Origin: Callorhinchus milii
Taxonomy: Eukaryota
Direction of reading: 5' to 3'
DNA length: 64,000 nucleotides
Assembly: GCF_018977255.1 (NCBI RefSeq)
Contig: NW_024704742.1
Span: 70,434,001-70,498,000 of the forward strand
The notes under the pieces are model-generated. The model worked only from the letters and a program-made list of their open reading frames with translations. It made no database searches and had not been told where the DNA came from. Each line of letters begins with the position of its first letter. Positions within the stretch are counted from its first letter, which is position 1. Of this stretch, positions 26,440 through 39,442 are shown one piece after another. The position numbers and the translations under genes were made by a program.

Positions 26440-26815
26440 GGCTGCCCAGGCCCTAGAGACAGTGCAGAGGAGAGCAAAGAGGCTGATTCCTGGTTTTAGA
26501 AGAATGAGCTATGAGCAACGATTAGACAAGCTCGGGCTCTTCAGTCTTGAGACAAGATGTCTTGGAGGGGATTGAAAAAGTAAACCTAATAGTTTTGGAT
26601 GCGCTAAAACAGTAGAACAAGAGGACACAGGTTTAGAGATATAAAGGGACAATTTCAGGACAGACACCAGGAAGTGTTTCTTTACCCAGAGGGTAATGAT
26701 ATGAACATGGTGATCAGGAAGGGGGGTCGAGGCCAGGATGTTGGCTTCATTTAAAAAGCAGCTCGATACATTGATGGGGGGATGGTTGGGCAAATGTTCT
26801 GGCCGAATGAGAATC
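26440..26815 (+). mobile_element. CR1 LINE 3' fragment
   Basis: ALETVQRRAKRLIPGFRRMSYEQRLDKLGLFSLE..CLGGD is the typical CR1 ORF2 C-terminus. Confidence 0.88.
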
Positions 26816-27088
26816 CAACTCCCAGCTCAGGTGGAAACCCTTCATTGTCCAACGACTTTGGACATTCTTCCGATGTGAAAGGTCCTATATAAATGTAATT
26901 TGTTATTGTTGGTGATGGTGGTGAGAATCCTCCAGATATAATACATAAGAAGCCACATAAATGCAAGTTGTGGCTAAATGCAATACATATATTGTCACTG
27001 TGTCTTTTGTGGGATGTTTAAAAGTGAAATGGAGAGATACTTGAGGTGTAGGAGAATTGAGTGGTGTGGAAAAATGAATAAAAAAAGA

Positions 27089-27506
27089 ATAATAATCCTT
27101 GCATTTGATTCAGCGCTTTATCACGTCATCGAGACATCTCAAAGTGCATAATAGGAATTACTGTAAAGTCCAGTGACCATGCATTTTGCGGGCAAATGTA
27201 ATAGCCAATTTTGTGCACAGCAACTTACGAACAAACAGCTATGAAGTGAGTGAACAATTTTATCTGGGGATTGTTGCCAGGACATTGGGAGAGAGAAACT
27301 CCCTTCTCTTTTCCAACAGCACCGTGGGATCTTTAACATCCACTCGAACAGGCACTGATGAGACCTCAGATTAACATCTCAGTCGAAGGACGACACCTTT
27401 GACAATGCAGCACTCCCTCCAGAACTGGATTGGAGAGTCAGCCTAGACCGTGAGCTCAAAGTCTGCGTCGCTCGGAGATGAGAGTACTACCCACTGAGCC
27501 AGGCTG
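27089..27506 (-). mobile_element. SINE family A copy, near full length
   Basis: Tail aataataatccttgcatttg, complete Deu-type core, head ccactgagccaggctg. Confidence 0.85.
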
Positions 27507-28629
27507 CCCTTCAAACAAAGCTTTCCTGTGATTTGTATAGGTTTCTATCTAGGTACATTTTTGAGGCAGGAGCTCACACAAAGAGGGTTCATTTTTAGCT
27601 CTCTGTAGGTGGGATTCTTTTTTTAGCAAGTGCATGAAAATAAATGCAGCCTCGATTTTTCCAATGTGCTCCTCGCCGGTTTCTCCAGTTTCACTGTTAA
27701 CGAGGTTCGAATGATTCAAAACCCACCCATACCATGCTCTGCACTCCCACTCACCCCAGTCTTTGCCAGGTTCACTGGGTCCGATTCCCGCAGAATGGAT
27801 TGATTTCAAGATCTTCACTCTTCACTCTGTGAAACTCCATCCCAGAGTCCTTCCAACTCTTGGCTCCCACTCCCATCTCAGGTGCCCAGCTGGCATTGTG
27901 AAAGACCTGTACAAATGTAAACGGTCATTGTTGTGTCCGCTGTGGGAAAGATGTCAGAAACTCACTGGGTGGTGAGAAATGAGTTGGATGGGAGCCAATG
28001 TGTGCTGAGTCTCTCTCTGGGTCTCATTTACTCTCAGTCCATAACAGGCTGTGCTGAACTCAGTCCATAATGAGTCCTGTCTCTGTGGCTTTCATTTACT
28101 CTCAGTCTCCTTATACCAAGCTGAGTGGCAGTCAGGCCTGACTGAGAGCTGTCTCTTTGCGTTTTGCTTACTCTCATTCTCTCTTTAATAGGGTGGACTA
28201 GAAGCAATTCCCAGTGAGGTCTGCATCCATAGTACCCATTTACTCTGAGAGGCTGGAGAAAGGTCTCAGTGGTGAGGCCTGTTGGCCCCATTTGTACTCT
28301 TGGAGGCCAGAGTAAGGCATGGCAATGGTGACACCCCATTTACTCTGAGAGGTTGGAGTATCAGTGGTGAGGTCTGTTTTTATGCAGTGCCTTATCATGT
28401 TGTAATGTCTTAAGCAATTTATAGCAGCAGTTGTTAAGCATTTTAACTTTTTTTTTAGAAAATAAAAAGAGGCACCCTATCATGTGAAAAGCGCTTCACA
28501 TATAATTACTGTCAAGTGGTAAAGAGAGAAAGAATGAGAGATGTAGAAAGAAAAAGAGAGAGAGTGAGAAAGAGACAGAAAGAGAGGTAGAGAAAGAAAG
28601 AGTGTGAGAAAAAGAAAAAGAAAGACAGA

Positions 28630-28815
28630 TATAGAGGGGTGTAGGAGGGGGAATAGAGGGGTGTAGGAGGAGGGAATAGAGGGATGTAGGAGGGGAAGTA
28701 GAGGGGTGTAGGAGGAAGGAATAGAGGGATGTAGGAGAGGGGAATAGAGGGTGTAGGAGAGGGAAATAGAGAGGTGTAGGAGAGGGGAATAGAGGGGTGT
28801 AGGAGAGGGGAATCA
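28630..28815. repeat. About 21-22 bp purine-rich minisatellite (GAATAGAGGGGTGTAGGAG..)
   Basis: About 8-9 visible copies, running into a CR1-like 3' UTR at 28820-28895. Confidence 0.88.
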
Positions 28816-29182
28816 GAGAGTGGGGACTTGTGGAGAGTATAAACTTCAGCTTGGACTAGTTGAGCCGAACCGTCTGTTTCCATACTGTATCACTTCAGGT
28901 AAGGAGGTGGTTGAGGGGAACAATTCCTCCAGGCATGTGAAATATCAAACCAACCCAGATAAAAGGGAGGGAGCCTTGATGTCAACTTCAAAGTCAAAGG
29001 AGAACAGAGATCCAGAGGACGGGAAAGGAAATGAACAGAAAAGCAATGTCAGGATAGAAGTCGGGAAGATTAAGTTGGTCAAAAAATTTGGAATAATTTG
29101 TGAAGAAAGCAATGGAGGTTTGTTTAGTGTACTACAGCAATAACAACTTGCATTTAAATTCCCCAATGGATCAAATTCAAGA

Positions 29183-29542
29183 TAATAATAATAATCCTTG
29201 CATTTGATGTAGTGCCTTATCACGTCGTTGAGACATCTCAAAGCGCTTTACAGAATACATTGTAAAGTGATTTAGCTGTGTATTTTAATGTGGGAAACAT
29301 GGCAGCCAATTGTGAAACAGGTAGCAGCCTTCGCATAAACAGTTGTGGATTGAGTGAAATTTTTTAAAGGGATTATTACCCCCGGAAATCGATCTGCCAA
29401 TCAACTAACAACTGGGTTCCTACTTATTGCTAGGGAAACAGTGGAGTAAGGAAACTTGCCTAAGGTTTCACCCCACCTGGGAATCAAACCCAGGTCCTCT
29501 CGCTTGCAAGGCGAATACTCTAACTACTAGGCTACAGGACTC
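29183..29542 (-). mobile_element. SINE family B copy, full length
   Basis: All modules present, from the ggagtcctgtagcctagtagttagag head to the (att)n tail. Confidence 0.85.
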
Positions 29543-30699
29543 CTCAACTTCAAATCCCTTCATGGCCCTGCCTCAGCCCCTCCCATCCCTTCGTTCAAGG
29601 CACATCTCAAGACTGTGCTCAAATTGGCTGTGGCGTTTGCCTACAAAACACACTGTCACTGCACTTTACAGTAAAATCCTGTGAAATCTTTTGAGACATC
29701 CTCCTGATGTGAAAGGCACTGTGTCAAACACAAGGATTATTTATTTATCTTTTAACCTGCTGAGAGTTTAAAAAAAGCGACACAATTCTTCACAAAGCAA
29801 TAGTTTTGCTATTCCACTCAGAGGAAGCCTATTGTCCTTGCAACATCAGTGTAATTAGGGCAATTTAACTGAGCATTTGTTTGTACTCAACACAAACAGT
29901 GCAGCCTCAACAACTGCTTTATTGATCCAATTCCCAAATTCACAAATGCTGGTGTGTCAGTGCTTCAGGGAAATGAGACAGATGGACAGCGATTGATTGT
30001 ACAGGAAGCCTAGACCCTGTCAATGCAATCAGACCCATGGTGCTTTGGCAAAGAGAAGATTACTTACTTCTGAGTCAGAAAGTTGCGGGTTGAAGCCCAC
30101 CTTTGGGCACTTTGAGCTCGCAGGCAGGACTGACGCTCCAGGGCTACGTTGACAGAGGTACCGTCATTCAGATGAGACTATGGTTAGGACATTTGAAAGT
30201 GCTTCAAAGGATTTACTGTACAGTGCAGTAACTGTGGTATTTGTGTGGGCAAACTTGGCAGTCAATTTACGCACAGCAACGTCCCGCAAACAGCCATTGT
30301 CGGCCAGGACACCAGAAGAGAAACTCCCTCTTCTTTTCAAGTCGTGCCAGGGCAACTTTAATGTCCATCTGATCATGCATAGACAGGACCTCGGTTTAAC
30401 GACATCCAAAGTACAGTGCAGCACTCCTCCCAGAATTGCAGAGTGAACTTAGAGGAAGAATATAAGAAAAGCAAAGTGAGTGAGAGCAACAGAGACAGAG
30501 AGAGAAACGTCAGAGATAGAGAGTGTGAGAGACAGTGAGAGAGACAGACAGAGAGAGAAAGAGACAGACAGAGATAGAGAGCATAAGAAACTGAGAGACA
30601 GTACAAGAGTGAAAGCGAGAGAATAAGTCCTCGGGGAAATATGCTGCGGTGTGGTAGAAATCAGCCCTCTATTTGATATTTAAGTTGTCAGATTCAAGA

Positions 30700-30912
30700 G
30701 AGCTCGCTCGCAGGGAGAGACGTCGCAGGGAGAGAGAGAGCTCGCAGAAAAGAGAGAGCTCGCAAAGAAAGACGTCGCAGGGAGAGAGAGAGAGGGGTCA
30801 CAGGGAGAGCGAGAGGTCGCAGGGAGAGAGAGAGGTCGCAGGGAGAGAGGGAGCTTGGAGGAGCGAGAGAGGTCCCAGGGAGAGAGACAGGTCGCAGGGA
30901 AATAGGTCGCAG
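30700..30912. repeat. Degenerate CpG-containing tandem repeat GTCGCAGGGAGAGAGAG
   Basis: About 10 visible imperfect copies. Confidence 0.8.
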
Positions 30913-31076
30913 GCTGGTCGCTGCAATCGCAGCTGAAATCCCGCTCCGTTGTATCTCAATAGCTGGGGTCAAGGGGGCCGCTTTGAACGCTGATGAGAGC
31001 AGGAGGCGAGGTGCTTGCATTGTATTGCCAGGCAACTTCCATGCCTTTGGCTTGTCAGACTAAGGAGCAATATCAT

Positions 31077-31389
31077 AATAATAATAATCCTTGCATTTGA
31101 TATAGCGCTTTTCACGTCGGGAGGACGTCCCAAAGCGCTTCACAGAACACACTGTAAAGTGAATTGACTGTATATTTGTGGGCGAACGCGGCAGCCAATT
31201 ACGCACTGCAATGTCCCACAAACAGTCGTAGATTGAAAATTACCAATTTATTATTGGTTTTGGAGGGATTATTATTAGGCTCTGTGTGGAGTAAGGAAAC
31301 TTGCCCAAGGTTTCGCCCTCTGCCTGGAATTGAACTCAGGTCTCTCGCTTGCAAAGCGAGTGCTCTAACCACTAAGCTACAGGACTCCA
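31077..31389 (-). mobile_element. SINE family B copy, well preserved
   Basis: Head reads ggagtcctgtagcttagtggttagagcaCTCGC-tttgcaa-GCGAGagacctgagttcaattcc: A box, 5-bp anticodon stem with TGC, and B box. Confidence 0.87.
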
Positions 31390-31759
31390 ATATGTGCAGA
31401 GAGAGAGATTCAAGTGAGCTTTTGCGGTGGGTACGGGGGGAAAACGGAGGGATAGAGGGGAGACTCTCAATTACTCATTCATCCTGAAATACATGGTCAT
31501 TTTTGTTTAATGTGCAGGAGTTTTGAAAACCGCTGTAGCCATTGCTCAGACAACAATGACAACAACTTGCATCTGTACAGTATCTTTCATGCAGGATAGC
31601 GACTCAGAGCGCTATACAGTGGCGGAATCAGACGCCGAGCAAGAGAGAATGGGGAGGGGGCACGTCTCAAAGTACTTCACAGGATTCACTGTAAAGTGGT
31701 GTTACTGTTTTATGGGCAAGTACCCTTTTTAGGATGTTCTTACAATATGTGGTGGGATA

Positions 31760-32030
31760 GACAATAACAACTTGCATTTATATACGGCCTTCTCGTGGGG
31801 TAGCGTCCTGGAGCGTTTAACAGTGGGGGAACTTGAGGTCGAGCCCTGGGGGTGACTGTGGGCACAGTCAAAGAGGAAGGTCTTCAGGTACAATCTGAAG
31901 TCCGGGATAGGAGGGGGCAAGGCGAAGGGATTGAGACAGAGAGTTCCAGAGTCTCGGGGCTTGGTGGCTGAAAGCACGACCGCAGGTGGTGGAGTGGAGC
32001 GGACGAGGGATGTGCAGGAGGCCGGAGCCA
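31760..32030 (-). mobile_element. L2-clade LINE 3' fragment, same family as 3820-4345
   Basis: Shares gtcaaagaggaaggtcttcaggtacaatctgaag with 3926-3960; encodes FRLYLKTFLFD. Confidence 0.8.
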
Positions 32031-32759
32031 TCTTAGTCGAGGATCCAGGTAAGGACAGATACGGGGGGTGGGGTGTGGGGGAAGGGGGGAATGGTGAGGA
32101 GGAGGTATTAAGGCAGGGAGTCCCAGAGGGTAGGAACAAGTCTTGCCTTTGCAAACATCATCAAATAACATCTTGCCAAGCTCTCCGGGACTCTCATTTC
32201 AAGTGCCTGAGCTTATTTCCGTCTGGTTTTAATTGCCGGGAGAGAGAGAGAGAGGGGGGCTGTTCGAGCTTGCCTTGGATTTGCATGATAATAAACATGT
32301 TCAAACACAGCGTTTAATGAATCCAGACACAAAACATAGCTTCTCATTACAAGAAGCAACCAAGTGAGGAGGGTAATCATTTTGTTCCTTGGGGCGACTT
32401 CCTTCTCGGAGAGCTTAAAAAACATAACAGAATGATATGCCTTGTCCTTCCTGTTTTGATTTGTGCCAGCTCCTCACTGCCCTTTGGACCAGACTTTAAA
32501 CTGAGCTTCCCGTCCTTGCCCTGTTCGGGCGGACGTTAAAGATCCTGTTGGAAAAGAGAAGGGAGTTTCTGTCTCCCGCTGTCCTGGCTGACTATCCCCC
32601 AGATAGTCTTGATCACTTTCGGGCTGTTTGCAGGACATTGCGTGAAATTGGCTGCCGCATTTGCCTGCAAAATACGCAGTCACTACACTTCACAGAACAT
32701 CCTGTGAAGCTCTTTGAGACATCCTCCCTATGTGATAAGGAGCAATATTAAAATCAAAT

Positions 32760-33070
32760 TTCTCTCTCTCTCTTTTCTTCCTCTTTTTGTCTCTCACACA
32801 CACTCTTTATCACTATTTTTTCTTGTTCTTTTTCCCTGACACCCCTCTCTCTCTTTCTCACTTGTTTCCCCTCCCTCTCTCTCTCTTTCTCCTAACCCTT
32901 TCTCTCTTTTTTCTTCCTCTCTTTTTCTCTCTTCCCCCCTCTATCTCTTTCTCATTTTTTTTCTCTCTCTCCCTCTCGCTTTTTTCTCCCTCTCATTTCT
33001 CTCTTCTCTTTTTTCTCTCTTTCTCTCTCTCCCCCTCTCTCACTTTTTTCCTTGCTCTCTTTCTCTCTGA
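32760..33070. repeat. CT-rich low-complexity tract
   Basis: Directly visible. Similar tracts lie at about 43050-43250, 44610-44840, 45045-45450, 48505-48730, 50760-50980 and 52160-52370. Confidence 0.9.
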
Positions 33071-33629
33071 CGCATTTCAGCAGTGGAGGGGGTATGTCTC
33101 AGGATAATGAAGTATTGCAAAACAAGTGACCCGTGTCGATCTTTTAAACCATTACTCAGCTGAACCTCTTGCGCCATCAGCACAGTGAGCACATAGACAG
33201 GAGCACTGCTGACAAAAAGCCTTGGCTGAGCAAGTTCTCAGCACTCAGAAGGAATCGCACATTCAATTCTGTCCATTCAGCATCTGAACCTTTATTAAAC
33301 CTGTTTCGGTTTCTGCTTTTCCGGGATTAATTTATTGAACACATCCCCCCACACGCACATCTCTCCCCCATGAGCAGACATGGAATCTTACAGCACAGAA
33401 GGAGGCCATTCGGCCCATCTTGCCTGTGTCGGCTCTTTGAAAGAGCTACCAACTAGTCTCACTCCCCCATTCTTACCCATAGCACTGCAATTTTTTCCTT
33501 TTTAAGTACCTTTCAATTCCCTTTGGAAAGCTACCATCGAATCAGCTTCCGTCCCACAAATTTTCCAATTGATCAAGAAAGTAAGAACTAATAACAATAA
33601 TAAGCCTTGAATTTGATGCCATCCTATCG

Positions 33630-34020
33630 TGGAGTCCTGTAACATGGTGGTTAGCATGCTCGCTTCACAAGCGAGAAGACCTGGGTTTGATTCCCAGGTG
33701 GGGTGAATCCTGAGGCAAGTTTCCTTACTTCACACACCTCTGTTTACCCAGCAGTAAGTAGGAACACGTTGGTTAGTGAAAGGCGCTATACAAATGTAAA
33801 TTGTTGTTAGTTGATTGGTAGATCACTTTCTATGGGATAATTATTATTTTTAAAAAATAGTAATTTGGTCACTCATTCAATGACTATTTGTGAGAGCTGC
33901 TGTGCGCAATTGGCTGCCATGTTTTGCCCATAAAATATACAGCCAATTCACTTTACTGAATAGTCTGTGAAGCGCTTTGAGACGTTTCAACAACATTATA
34001 AGAAGCTATATCAAATGCAA
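33630..34020 (+). mobile_element. SINE family B copy
   Basis: gtggagtcctgtaacatggtggttagc head through to the tatatcaaatgcaa tail. Confidence 0.8.
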
Positions 34021-37000
34021 TAGCATGTGGGGTGGGGGGTATTAATGACCTCCAGGGAATTTTAGGCATAGAAAGCACTGTAACCTTCTCAGAATCACCT
34101 TGTTATAAACAAACGTAACATCATCTAATGATTGATACTTTTACATACAATGCAGTGGATTGTCAGGAGGAATAAGTGGAGCTCGCCCCATGGGGAAGAA
34201 GGCTCAACTGCCTCCTGCCTCCCCTGTCTTTATTCCCCTCCTCCAACCACCAGGCTCTCAAACAAGCAATTCTCGCAGAAACCGTGCATTTGCCTTATCA
34301 TATTGTCTCAAAGATGCAATCCTATTGTGGATCGTGTCTCAAAGTGCTACACAGGGTTTACTGTAAAGTGTAGTAATTGTGTGATTTGTGGGAGAATGTG
34401 GCAGCCATTTGTGCTCAGCAAATTCCCACAAATGGCTATAAAGTGAATGACCAATTTAATGCGGGGGGTTGTTGGCGAGGACAGCGGGAGGGAGAAGCTC
34501 CTGTCTCTTTTTGAGGAGCGCAATGGGAACTCAGCATCCGCCTGAATGGGACCTGACCTTAGAATGAGGGACAGGAGCCAATGGGGGGAGCCTGGGAGGG
34601 TGTGTGGGGCTGGAGGGAATCGGGGACGTCTGGAGGAGCAAGGTATGGGGTGAGGACATAGGGAGAAATGGGGGTGGGGGAATTATGCAGGCTAAACATA
34701 TCCCACTGCCGAGATCCTCACTTATGGCCTCTGAACTATTCCTTGATGCAATCAGAACCTCTGTGTATATCCTGTGTGTGCGTGTGTATCTGTGTGTGTA
34801 TGTGCATGTGTGTGAAACGCTTTGAGACAATGTGGTAATGCACTGTATGAAAGACAAGGGTTATTTATTTCCTTAAATGCAAGTCGTCATCGTTGTTATT
34901 TCTAAGTCCCTAACTGGGGAGAACCAAAGAAGTCAGAGAATAATAATAAGCAAAGATTCGCTGTTCTCAGCCAGGCAGGGAGCAGCTTGTAACTTTTCGG
35001 GAAGTTGGTCTTACTGTGTCAGCTCCTCTGCGCAGCGCAATATGCCAGCTGAAGTGCTGAGATGCTTCAGTAATTAATTTCAGCTCATTCCTTGAAAACA
35101 CGTTTTAAAGTAAATTAAACAAAGCCGGACGCAATGTTCACAAGTCAGGCACAGGCTCCACGTCGCTGTTAAATCCCAATTAATCCATGATTTGGGCATC
35201 CCCAATCCTATTCGTTTTAATTACTTCTCGGATTTCCGCCACCTTTAATTCCACCAAATCTGACGGATGTTTTCTTTAACATGATGATGATACAACATTA
35301 AATCGTCATGAACTCAGAATCACTCAATAATGCCGGCAGAGAGGGCTGTTGAGCTAATAGGCTGCAATCCCTCCTCTTTTTTGTCCCCCCCACCTTCATC
35401 CCTTCTGCCCCAACTCCTTTCACCCTCCCTTGTTGTATGGAAACGCAGCAACCAATTGCGCATAGCAGTGTCCCACAAACTGTCATGGATTGAATGACCG
35501 TATTTTTTAATGGATTATTACCTCTGGAAAGCGATCCTCCAATCGACTAACAACCAGGTTCCTACTTACTGCTAGGTAAACAGCAGAGTGTAGAGTAAGG
35601 AAACTTGCCTAAGGTTTGGCCATGCCCAGGAATCGAACCCTGGACCTCTCGCTTCTGAGGCGAGTGCTCTAACCACTACGTTACAGGACTACACGTGTTA
35701 TTAATATGATGCTGGTGTATTGCTATGTAAATGGCACATTACATTTCACCTACAAAATACACAGTCACTCCACTTTACGGTATATTCTGTGAAGTGCTTT
35801 GAGATGTCTTGAAGACCTGATAAGGCGTTATATCATATGCAACGATTATTATTGTTATTACGTATTCAACTACTCTCAGGGCAATCCTTTAATAATCTGT
35901 ATGCTTCACTTTAGAAATTCGAAATGTCCTCCCTGTTTCACTCATTATGCCCTGTCAGGCTTTGTTCCTCTGAACAAAGCTGCAGCTAGATACCTAGAGG
36001 ATCATTTGCGGTGTGTGCATGTGGTGGTGGGGATGGGCGGAGGAGAGAGAGAGAGTGGAGACATTTCTGCAGAGGCAGAGAATACTGCAGAGAATCCAGG
36101 TCTGAATCTAAATTCTCGTGTGTGGAGTCACTAATTCCATAGCTGTTTGACAGACACTGTTATGCACAATTGGCTGTCACGTTTCGTTCACAAACTACAC
36201 AGCCACTATACTTTACAGTGTATCCTGTGAAGCGCGTGGAGATGTCTTGACGACGTGATAGAGCACTCTATCAAATGCAAGGATTAATATTAATATTATT
36301 ATCATTAAGGTGGGACATTGGCTGCTGTGTTTGCCTAGAAATACACAACAATTTGCATTGTTGCAGTTCCCTTCATGTGGGCTTGCACCAAGTTGGCCAT
36401 GTTATAATGGGAGCTTCCCTGCAGTCTCCTCATCTGGTCTGCAGGCTCTCAAACACAGCAATGGGTTTCCATGTGCCTCAGACACATGGCCGACCACTAA
36501 ACATGGCTGAAATGGTACCTCATAGCCTCATGGAAGGTGGGGAGGGAGATGGGGTTGAGAACGGTTGGGGGAAAGGGGGGAAGGAGAGAGGAAGTGTCCA
36601 ATACAGTTAAATTCCTATAGACACATTTACATTTCTGATCAATAGACACAGTCAGAGATGTGAAACCTTCAAATAAAATTTTAAAAAGTCAATTAGATCA
36701 CAAGGTGGCTTCGGCTCATCTGACCTCATGTCTTCCAGAACACTCACTGTACCGTGCCCCCATCACAGGGAGTGAGCTTGGTACCTTCTCTCTGCCAGCC
36801 AGCCAACATCCCCGAATAATCCTGTTATTTTTAGTCGGGTAAAATTAGGACGTGAGTCACAGGGAGGCTTTACGTAAGACAGATACAACCTGATGTTTTA
36901 ATAAAGTTGCTGCATCAAAGGGGGACAAAGCAAGGTCCATAGAGCGTTCGCATAATGATAAAACATCATAGGAACTTACAGTGCAGAAGAAGGTTATTCG

Positions 37001-39011
37001 GCCCATCAAGTCTGCCCTGGCTCTCAGAGCAAGCTGGTGAGGGTGTAGGGGGTGGACCTGGCTAGAGTGTGGTGGGGGGAGTTTGGCGAGGATGTGGGGA
37101 GGTGGTGTGAAATGGACTCACGGAGCTGTGAATGAAATGCTTTGAGACATTTCACCCCTTACAGGCACTGTATATAAAAAACAAGGGATTAGTGTTGACA
37201 TGCACCAGGTTCCTCAGGGGGCCTGTGATTGTAATAAAAAAACGACAGTAACCTTTATAATTTCACTTCCAAAGGACTGAAGGAAAGCTGACAAAAAAAT
37301 TTTGTGTATGTGAAAAGACAATTAAAATTTTACCTGTTCCTTACTTGTCTTTCAGCCGAGATCTGAAGCTGGGCTTTCTCCCGCTCCCCCATCCACCCCA
37401 CCCACCAAAAGAATCTTCCTAAAACAATAATAGCGACAGACATAAAATACACACTGAGAGGGGCTCTTGCCTGTGAAATACAGAACAATAAAAAAAAGCA
37501 CTTCAGAACAGCAATTCTGATCGGTCGTTCACTTTGCGGTTTCTTGCAAGGCATTAACCATTGTGTGCAAATTGGCTGGAGGGCTCGTCTACACAATAAA
37601 CTGGATTTACAGTGAGTGTGGTGACCGTGTATATTGTGGCAGCCAACTAATGCACAGCAATGTCCCACAAACAGCCATGAAGTGAATGACAGCTTTTATC
37701 AGGGGAATTATTGACCAGGATCCCAGGAGAGAGAAACTCTCTTCTCTTTTCCAATCCCCCCGCGGGATCTTTAATGTCCATTTGGGCAAGCAGATAGGAC
37801 CCCGTTTGAATCTGACTATGCGTTGCTCCCCCAGCACTGCCAACCTCTCAAAACCCTCCTCTTCGATTTGTGATCTTGTGATCGGTCACCCCCTTCCCCT
37901 CCCCTCTACCCCACTGACCCCAGCTCAGGTCTGAAATGCTGTACACTGACCAGTGCCTTGGGACGTCCTCTTGATGTGAAAGGCGCTATACAAATGTAAT
38001 CTTGTTGTTGCTGTGGAGGGTCAGCATGGTACTATTTGAGTTCCAAGTCCCGATGTGGATTTGAACCCACGACCTTCTAACTCAGAGGCAGGTGTGATAG
38101 CAACAGAGCCAGGCTGTTACACAAAATGAGGGCGCCGGAGGCTAAGACCAAGTTGAATTTGAAAAGGCAGTGCCTCTTGTGGAATGTGATGAGCATGAAC
38201 CAGTCAGTAGGGAGGCTCCGCAAGAAACAGATGCAAATGGAAAGGGGATTAGCTTTTCCTTTCATCTCGTTCGGGAATTAAGGGATGACATGCATCTCTT
38301 TAATTCATGAATTTTCACCACTGGAAACAAAGCGCTCTGCAAAAAAGAGGTGAGATGGTTGAAAAAAAATCATCTTTGATATCGGTGAAGGACGCTGAGT
38401 TTTCAGAGAGAGGTGAGGCTAATCCCCAGCGGGAGTGGGAATGTGCTGTGAGGATTGTTTTTTGATCAGCTGGGTGTCTGACCCATCGCTGTGCTTACGA
38501 CTGAGAGCTCCACGCCACCTGACTGGATACTGCATTTTGAAACATCACAAAGCGCTTCAGAGTTTTTCTGAGGATAAAATCACCCCCAGATACTCCCGCA
38601 ACACCTCCCCCTCCTCCTGCCCCCCCGTCCCCCTGATAAAATCGGTCGTTCACTCCACATCTGTTTGTGGGACGTTGCTGTGTGCAAATTGGCTGCCGTA
38701 TTTCATCCACAAAATACACAGTCAATCCAGTTTGCAGTGACTCCTGTGAAGCGCTATGAGAAGTCTTGTCAACATGGCAAGGCCCTGTATCAAATGCAAG
38801 GATTATTATTATAATTCATAACATTCACCATAATAACCATATTCGCACGATCGCAGACTTGATTTTTCTGTTCACGTTTGTGATGGGGCGGGGGGGTGGA
38901 GAGGGGAAGATTTGGGGGAAATGGATCACGTGGCCTCCTCTGGCTCTGCCCTCTCTTGCCTGGACAGGCGGTTGAACAGGGGCTAACTTTCTGCCTGTTA
39001 TTTCCCTCCAG

Positions 39012-39110
39012 AGCTCCTACGTGGCCTGTATGACAGCCATCCTCAGCCAGATGGACCACTCCCATTACAGCAACTATATCAACTCCTTCCAGACACGACA
39101 AGACCTCATG
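39012..39110 (+). CDS. DOCK-A subfamily (DOCK1/DOCK2/DOCK5-like, dedicator of cytokinesis) internal exon, 99 nt
   Basis: tttccctccag|AGC...CTCATG|gtaagt; SSYVACMTAILSQMDHSHYSNYINSFQTRQDLM, matching the DOCK-A VACMTAIL.QM motif; phase 0 to 0. Confidence 0.93.
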
Positions 39111-39442
39111 GTAAGTCAGTCCACTTGCACAAACACACTATATAGAGCACAGACACAGACCATTCATCCCAACACGTGAACCTCATATTCTAGTTGCAAG
39201 GATTGTTCATCCATCCATCCTTCAGCCCATCCATCTACTATCCTATCTAGCTAGCTATCCTATTTAGTTGGTTAGTTACTTAGTTATTAAGAGCAGAGGA
39301 GGGTCAACTGAAATGTTGAATTTGTCATTCACTTCATAGTTGTTTATGAGATGCTGCAGTGCACAAATTGGCTGCAGCATTCGCCTACAACACATACATT
39401 CACTTCACTTTACAGTGAAATCTGGAAGATCATGCATTAGTG

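Noticed and set aside
31315..31389. tRNA-Ala gene (and similar heads at about 6120-6195, 18110-18184, 35625-35692 and 40525-40597)
   Set aside because: These are SINE heads: no clean 7-bp acceptor stem, many diverged copies, each running into the SINE body.
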